Below are positions 58,407 to 64,000 of a stretch of 64,000 nucleotides of DNA, in pieces. Under the pieces are notes generated by a model. It was not told where the DNA came from. It saw only the letters and a list, made by a program, of their open reading frames with translations, and ran no database searches. Position 1 is the stretch's first letter. Each line of letters begins with the position of its first letter. Both the position numbers and the translations under genes were made by a program. Source of the stretch: Myxococcales bacterium (lineage in GTDB: Bacteria > Myxococcota_A > Polyangia > Polyangiales > DASUME01); the NCBI GenBank assembly GCA_047601445.1, contig JASGJH010000001.1, positions 640,001-704,000 of the forward strand, in the 5' to 3' direction.

Positions 58407-60104
58407 TCAATCGGTGCGTAGCAGCATGGCTGGATCGAGGCGGATATGGGCTTTCTGCAGGAGCTCGCGGAAACCGGCCTTGTCCGTGGCCTTGAGATAG
58501 GCGTCTTTGACGTCGATCACGTTGCCCTTCACGAGCTCGAACAAGTGGTCGTTCATGGTCTGCATGCCCTGCGCGCGCGCGGTCTGCATCATGCTCTTGA
58601 TCTGGAAGGTCTTGCCCTCGCGCACCATGTTTTGCGCCGCGGCGTTCATCAGCAGGATCTCGTAGGCGGCCGCGCGGCCACCGCCGTTCTTCTTGCACAG
58701 CACCTGGGAGACCACGCCGCGCAACGACTCGGACAACATCGAGCGGATGTGGCCCTGCTCGTCGGCGGGGAACTGATCGATGATGCGATCCACGGTGGAA
58801 GCAGCGGTGGTGGTGTGCAGCGTGCCGAACACCAGGTGGCCCGTCTCTGCCGTCTCGATGGCGATCGAGATGGTCTCCAAGTCGCGCATCTCACCGACCA
58901 CGATGACGTCAGGGTCCTCGCGTAGGGCGGCGCGCAAGGCCTGGTTGAAGGAGGGCGTATGCAGGCCGACCTGGCGCTGATTCACGAGGCAGCGCTTGTT
59001 CGGATGCACGTACTCGATGGGGTCTTCGATCGTGATGATGTGGTCGCTGCGATTGCGGTTGATGAAGTCGATCAGGGCGGCCAGTGTGGTCGACTTACCC
59101 GAGCCAGTCGGGCCGGTGACCAGCACCAACCCGCGCGAGAGCCAGCAGAGGTCCACCACTGCCTGCGGCAGACCGATCTGCTCCGGCGTCAAAATTTCCA
59201 TTGGGATCTGGCGCGCCACGAGCCCGGGTCCGCGTCGATCGAGGAAGAAGTTGAAGCGGAAGCGCCCGGCCCCCTCGAGCTCGTAGGCGAAGTCGGAGTC
59301 GTGGGTCTGCTCGAAGGACTGCCGCACGTCGGGCGGAGCGATCGCCATCATCATGTCGAGCATGTCTTCGGCGCGCAGTTCGCCGCCCGTGTTTTGCAGA
59401 ACGCGCATCTCGCCGTCGATGCGGACCATGGGCTCGGAGCCGGTGCTCATGTGCAGGTCGCTCGCCTTCAGCGAGACGGCGTGGCGCAGGAAGCGCTGCA
59501 GGCGCGCCTCCGCCTGTGAGTCGCGCACCACCACGCGCGCCGGTGAGCGGGGCGCGGGGGCCGGACTCGCCGACTGGCGCGGAGCGGGCGGTGTCGCGGG
59601 CGGCTGTGCCGCGCCCGCTGCCTGGTTGGTGGGTAGCGCGATCGAAGGAGGCGAGGGTGCGCGTCGCATCTGGCTCGCTGCGGCGTTGTCCGGCGCGCGG
59701 GGCAGGTCGAGCATGGGCTCGCGCGGACTGGCGAAGCCGCCCCATTCTTCCCCCCCGCTCTCCGGGGGTGCGGGCGTGTCGTAAGACGAGTCGATCTCGT
59801 GGGTGCTCAGGATCACGCGCCATTGCTCGGGCGCGTTGACGTCGATGGCGACGTAGATGATGCCGGCTCCGGCCTGACCGCGCGTGGTGAAGCGCAGGTG
59901 GCCGCTACGGCGCAGTTGTTCGAGGCCATCGGGCGGCGAGACTTCGCGCACCAGCTGCAGCACTTGACCGTGGCTGATGGACTGATTGCTACGCCGGATG
60001 TCGCCCTGCGCGAAGCGAAACTCGACCGGCTCGCCCGAACGCATCACGACGCCGTGCGCGTTCTGCTTGAGCATGTGCTGCACATAGAAATCCAGACGTC
60101 GCAT
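58407..60104 (-). CDS. pilT: Type IV pilus retraction ATPase PilT with N-terminal extension
   Basis: ASDLH, GPTGSGKST, TIEDPIE, ALREDPD, GEMRD, ETGHLVFGTLHT. Confidence 0.92.
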   Translation of the reverse strand: MRRLDFYVQHMLKQNAHGVVMRSGEPVEFRFAQGDIRRSNQSISHGQVLQLVREVSPPDGLEQLRRSGHLRFTTRGQAGAGIIYVAIDVNAPEQWRVILSTHEIDSSYDTPAPPESGGEEWGGFASPREPMLDLPRAPDNAAASQMRRAPSPPSIALPTNQAAGAAQPPATPPAPRQSASPAPAPRSPARVVVRDSQAEARLQRFLRHAVSLKASDLHMSTGSEPMVRIDGEMRVLQNTGGELRAEDMLDMMMAIAPPDVRQSFEQTHDSDFAYELEGAGRFRFNFFLDRRGPGLVARQIPMEILTPEQIGLPQAVVDLCWLSRGLVLVTGPTGSGKSTTLAALIDFINRNRSDHIITIEDPIEYVHPNKRCLVNQRQVGLHTPSFNQALRAALREDPDVIVVGEMRDLETISIAIETAETGHLVFGTLHTTTAASTVDRIIDQFPADEQGHIRSMLSESLRGVVSQVLCKKNGGGRAAAYEILLMNAAAQNMVREGKTFQIKSMMQTARAQGMQTMNDHLFELVKGNVIDVKDAYLKATDKAGFRELLQKAHIRLDPAMLLRTD

Positions 60105-60277
60105 CGTGTCGCTACGGCCCCTCCGAAACTCGCCCGGCCTCGATTATCGCCTCGCCGGCGACCCGAAAGGCATTGGAATCGCCATGCGTTCCTGGGCGGG
60201 GGTAGCCGCACGTGCCCGCGCAGCCGTCAGAGCGTGTTTGCCGTGGGTTGTCAGGTCGTGTGATAAGGTGGCGGCCG

Positions 60278-61498
60278 ATGTCGTCCGTGAGCCTGCCGAC
60301 CGTCGAAACGACGGACAAACTCGTTGCCGAGGTGCGCTCCCATCCCAACGGACAACGCCTGGCAGCGTTTTGTCTCGATGTGCTCTCCGGGCAGGCCGAA
60401 GGAAGGGCGCTTTACGCGGGACGTCGCTTGATGCGGGTGCGCGCCGGCAACCACCGGCTCTCGCGCCCTGACGCCGAATGCTCTCTGGGGAACGTGCTCG
60501 CGATTTTGGAGCGCGGTCCCGAACGATCCGCCGAGTGGGCCATGATTTCCGCCTTCGCCGTGCGCGGGCTGGACGACAAGCTGACCGAGAGCAGCGCTGC
60601 CGAACGTCGGGAGGTGGTGGAGCGCTTCGCCCGACACGCCGACTGGCTCGAGCTCTCCACGCCCTACGCGCCCTATCGCTTCGCACCCGAGCTGCTCTCC
60701 GAGAGCAATCGCGACGTGCTCGGGGAGGCGCTCGAGACCTTCGTGCTCGCTCCGGCCGACGGTCCCTCCACGGCCGCCCATCGCGCGCGCGCCACGTTGC
60801 GGCTCCACGTGCTTTCTACGCTGGGGCGCCCGAGCACGCAGTCGGTCTTCGAACATGTGATCGAGAATACGCAAGACCCCTGGATCCTGGCCCTCGCGCG
60901 CCACGCTCTGGGAGGCCAGCCGCCGGTGCCCGCCGAGAACCCGGAGCTCCTGGGCGCTTGGGGGCGCCTGCCGCGCCTATCCGTGTGGCGGGTAGTCCAA
61001 TACTTCACGGGCATCGCTCTGCTGGCAGCGGTATGGCGCTTCGTGGCCTACGGCTTCGGCCTGGAGAGCTCGGCGCGGGTGCGGCTCGAGACCAACGCCG
61101 TGCATGTGCACCGCGAGACGCGGCTCTTCGGCCGAACCTTGCGGGCTAGCGACGCTTCCTATGCGCTCAAGGACGTCGAGTGCGCCACGCGCGAGGTCAG
61201 CATGCCCACGTTCCAGGTATTGTTCGGGGCGTTGGCGCTCGTGCTCGGTGTCGTCCTCGGCACCATATGGATCAGCGATGGTCTGGCGCGGGCCGACCAT
61301 GAGCTGATGCTCACGGGCGTGTTCGCGCTGCTGGCCGGGGCGGGGCTGGATCTGTTCTTCGCGGGCTGGGGCAGCTTGCGCCACGAGCGCGCCGGCTTCG
61401 AGATGTTCGTGGACAACGAGCGGGTGGTCGCCTTGCGGCGCGTGGACCCGCAGCGTGCGCAGCGCATGGTCCAGCAGATCGCCGCCCGCCGCGCCTGA
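60278..61498 (+). CDS. Hypothetical membrane protein
   Basis: Helical N-terminus and three C-terminal hydrophobic segments; coding-like codon bias. Confidence 0.7.
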   Translation: MSSVSLPTVETTDKLVAEVRSHPNGQRLAAFCLDVLSGQAEGRALYAGRRLMRVRAGNHRLSRPDAECSLGNVLAILERGPERSAEWAMISAFAVRGLDDKLTESSAAERREVVERFARHADWLELSTPYAPYRFAPELLSESNRDVLGEALETFVLAPADGPSTAAHRARATLRLHVLSTLGRPSTQSVFEHVIENTQDPWILALARHALGGQPPVPAENPELLGAWGRLPRLSVWRVVQYFTGIALLAAVWRFVAYGFGLESSARVRLETNAVHVHRETRLFGRTLRASDASYALKDVECATREVSMPTFQVLFGALALVLGVVLGTIWISDGLARADHELMLTGVFALLAGAGLDLFFAGWGSLRHERAGFEMFVDNERVVALRRVDPQRAQRMVQQIAARRA

Positions 61499-61558
61499 GC
61501 TGTCCGGGAGTCCAGGCTTCGTCCGAAGGTAGCGGGCCCGGGCTCGCTGGGGCGCGGG

Positions 61559-62683
61559 CTACTTGGGGTGCAGCGGCTCGACGGTCGGCGTGGGGACGCT
61601 GCCGGTGGCGCTAGGCGCCTGGGTGGGCTCCGTGCCTCCGGGAGCCTGCGGAGCGGGTTCGCCGCCTCCGCCTTCGGGCTGGTTCAAGATGCCGCGCAGA
61701 TCGTCGAGTGCGGGCAGGAGTTCGAGCAGAGCGGTCGCAGTGCTGACCTTGATCTGCCCCGTGATGGTCGCGCGGTCGCCCTCGACGTCGGTCTGAATTC
61801 CGCGCAACACGGAGGCCGCAGGGGTGAGTCCGATGCCCGGAATGTCGAGCAGGCGACTGATCCCGTTGCGCACCAGCATGATAGTCGCCACTGCGTGCTC
61901 GGGGCTCGCTGCGACAAGCAGGCCGCCACCCACGATGCGCGAATCGGCGAAGCTCAAGCTGCCGGCGCCCGCGCGCGCACCCGTCAGCACGCTCAGCTGT
62001 CCGCCCAGCACGCTCTGAGCGAAGGCTTGCAGGATGGCGCGTGCCTCGTCAGGCATGCGCGCCACGCCCGCCACGTCGGTGCCGGTGTCGAACTGGTTGT
62101 AGAGCGCCTTGATCGCCGTGTCGCTGGCCAGGCTGGGGCCCTTGCCGAGCACCGTGTTGATGGTGGCCACCACGCTCTCGGCGTCGCCGCCCACGATTCC
62201 ATCCGAGCCAAGGAAGGCAGCGCGCGAGCCGCCGCGGCTGCTCACCACCGAGGGAATCCCTTCCACGTCATCGCGCTTGAGGCCGCCTGCGTTGCCGCTG
62301 GCCTCGCCGAACTTCTTCACGCAGTCGACCAGCGCGTCATGATCCAGGTCGCCGCGCGCAGTGAAGGCGAAGCGCGGCATGCCGCCGCCGGGGGTGGGGC
62401 GCGCAAAGACCACGAGTTCGGTGATGCCCTCGAGCGGGTTGAAGCCGCACAGCTTGGTGATGCGCTCGATGCCCTGGGCCTGTCCTTGTTCGACGACCAG
62501 GCGCTTCCAGGCATCCGAGCCGAGCACGCGATCGACCTTGATGCGCACCGCGCCGTAAGCGTCGGAGGGCACTGCTGCGAGCGGATCGAGCGGCAGATGG
62601 ACCTGAGGCCGGAGGAAGAAGAAGGCGCCTGCACCGACAGCGGCCAGAGCGAGTACGAGTACTACCAAGGACGAGCGTTTCAC
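61559..62683 (-). CDS. Hypothetical membrane-anchored/exported protein
   Basis: N-terminal hydrophobic anchor, PLAAVPSDA, Pro-rich tail. Confidence 0.75.
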   Translation of the reverse strand: MKRSSLVVLVLALAAVGAGAFFFLRPQVHLPLDPLAAVPSDAYGAVRIKVDRVLGSDAWKRLVVEQGQAQGIERITKLCGFNPLEGITELVVFARPTPGGGMPRFAFTARGDLDHDALVDCVKKFGEASGNAGGLKRDDVEGIPSVVSSRGGSRAAFLGSDGIVGGDAESVVATINTVLGKGPSLASDTAIKALYNQFDTGTDVAGVARMPDEARAILQAFAQSVLGGQLSVLTGARAGAGSLSFADSRIVGGGLLVAASPEHAVATIMLVRNGISRLLDIPGIGLTPAASVLRGIQTDVEGDRATITGQIKVSTATALLELLPALDDLRGILNQPEGGGGEPAPQAPGGTEPTQAPSATGSVPTPTVEPLHPK

Positions 62684-62785
62684 GCGCCCCAGCCTAGCAG
62701 TGTAAGCGCCTCGTTCCCACGCTGAGAGCGCACGTTAAGCGCGTTCCCTGGTCGCGAGCGTTGTTTCGGGCTACGAGCGTCGCCC

Positions 62786-63538
62786 ATGCCCTGGCGCCCC
62801 GCACTGCTCAAAGGAAACCGCGTTTTGGCCCGTTGTGACGAGGCAGGGGCGTTTCTCGACGAGGGCGGCAGGGTCGAGGTGCGCTATCGGCCCACCGATC
62901 CCCGCGCCTACCGTGCGGGCGTCCGGAACCTGAGCCCCGTCGAGGGCGAGATCCTGCCCGATGACCACTGCGTGCCCGCCGCCCCGGAGGCGCCGGACGC
63001 TGCGGCCGCCAAGACCAAGGCTACGGGTGGCGCGCGCAAGACAACGGCGTCGGCGAGCGCGGGCAAGGCAGTCGAGGCCGGCCCCAGTGACGCCCGCTAC
63101 GTCGCCTACACCGACGGTGCCTGTAGTGGCAACCCCGGGCCAGCCGGACTCGGGGTGGTCCTGCTCGAAGGCAATAGTCGACGCGAGCTCAGTGAGTACC
63201 TGGGCACCGCCACCAACAACGTCGCCGAGCTCACGGCAATCCTGCGGGCCCTGGAGGTCATCGAGGCGGTCGAGGACAGCGTGCTCGTGCACACTGACAG
63301 CCAGTACGCCATCGGCGTGCTCCAAAAAGGCTGGAAGCCGAAGGTGAACCAGGAGCTCATTGCGGCCATCAAGACCCGCATGAAGGTCTTCAAGGCGCTG
63401 CGCCTCGTGTACGTGCCCGGCCACGCCGGCGTGCCCCTCAATGAGCGCGCCGACCAGCTCGCGCGCATGGCCGTGAGTTCCCGTTCCAACTCCCCTTGGC
63501 GAGAAACGCAGGTAGGCCGTGAGCGAGCGGAGGCCTAG
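62786..63538 (+). CDS. rnhA: Ribonuclease HI with extra N-terminal domain
   Basis: [38 protein letters not shown]. Confidence 0.93.
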   Translation: MPWRPALLKGNRVLARCDEAGAFLDEGGRVEVRYRPTDPRAYRAGVRNLSPVEGEILPDDHCVPAAPEAPDAAAAKTKATGGARKTTASASAGKAVEAGPSDARYVAYTDGACSGNPGPAGLGVVLLEGNSRRELSEYLGTATNNVAELTAILRALEVIEAVEDSVLVHTDSQYAIGVLQKGWKPKVNQELIAAIKTRMKVFKALRLVYVPGHAGVPLNERADQLARMAVSSRSNSPWRETQVGRERAEA

Positions 63539-64000
63539 TCTCGAGCTCCTCGAGCGCGATCTACGCCACGTCTGGCATCCGTACGCCGGCCCCAACCCAG
63601 TGCCGTCTCCGTTCGTGGTCGAGCGCGCCGAGGGCTGCCGGCTGACCCTGGCCGACGGTCGGGAGCTCATCGACGGCATGTCTTCGTGGTGGACGGCCAT
63701 CCATGGCTATTCGCACCCGGCGTTGGTGCGGGCTGCGCAACAGCAGGCCGCGCGGCTGAGCCACGTCATGTTCGGCGGCCTCACCCACGAGCCAGCGGTG
63801 GAGCTCTGCACGCAGCTGGTAGCGATGACCCCGGAGCCCCTGCAGCGGGTGTTTCTGTGCGATTCGGGCTCGGTCTCGGTGGAGGTCGCCCTCAAGCTCG
63901 CCCTGCAGGTTTGGCAGGCCGAGGGCCGCGGCGAGAAGCGCAGGCTGCTGACGGTGCGCGGCGGCTATCACGGCGACACCTTCGGGGCGATGGCGGTGTC
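63519..64000 (+). CDS. bioA: Adenosylmethionine-8-amino-7-oxononanoate transaminase (3' end outside window)
   Basis: [51 protein letters not shown]. Confidence 0.95.
   Translation, partial: MSERRPSLELLERDLRHVWHPYAGPNPVPSPFVVERAEGCRLTLADGRELIDGMSSWWTAIHGYSHPALVRAAQQQAARLSHVMFGGLTHEPAVELCTQLVAMTPEPLQRVFLCDSGSVSVEVALKLALQVWQAEGRGEKRRLLTVRGGYHGDTFGAMAV

Overview
High-GC bacterial chromosome segment. Gene content (Hanks-type Ser/Thr kinases, AgmX/PglI-type C-terminal domain protein, many TPR proteins, PilT, MltG) suggests Myxococcota; this is inference from sequence only. Most of the window is housekeeping: a futalosine-pathway menaquinone cluster (ubiX-mqnE-mqnA-deaminase-mqnP), tkt, lpdA-lipB-ruvX-mltG, tex, dapB, queA-tgt, purH-purD-tsaC, cysC-pcm-rluD, acyl-CoA dehydrogenases with a B12-dependent acyl-CoA mutase large subunit, purF, pilT, rnhA and a partial bioA. 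No rRNA, tRNA, CRISPR array or transposase was recognised. The most unusual locus is 9871-12115: a sigma70-like promoter, a leader ORF with mutually exclusive terminator/antiterminator hairpins, a MATE exporter, a four-helix-bundle protein, and an unannotated 33-aa Tyr/Arg heptad-repeat peptide followed by a hairpin. Other oddities are a nuclease-less type ISP-like DNA methyltransferase coupled to the mqn operon, a PEP-synthase/RPH-like protein with a degenerate ATP-grasp domain, a PilT with a duplicated N-domain, and a tandem palindromic repeat upstream of lpdA. Three apparent single-base insertions (about 6370, 23160, 53691) are probably assembly errors. All family calls are from motif recognition by eye, with no database searches.
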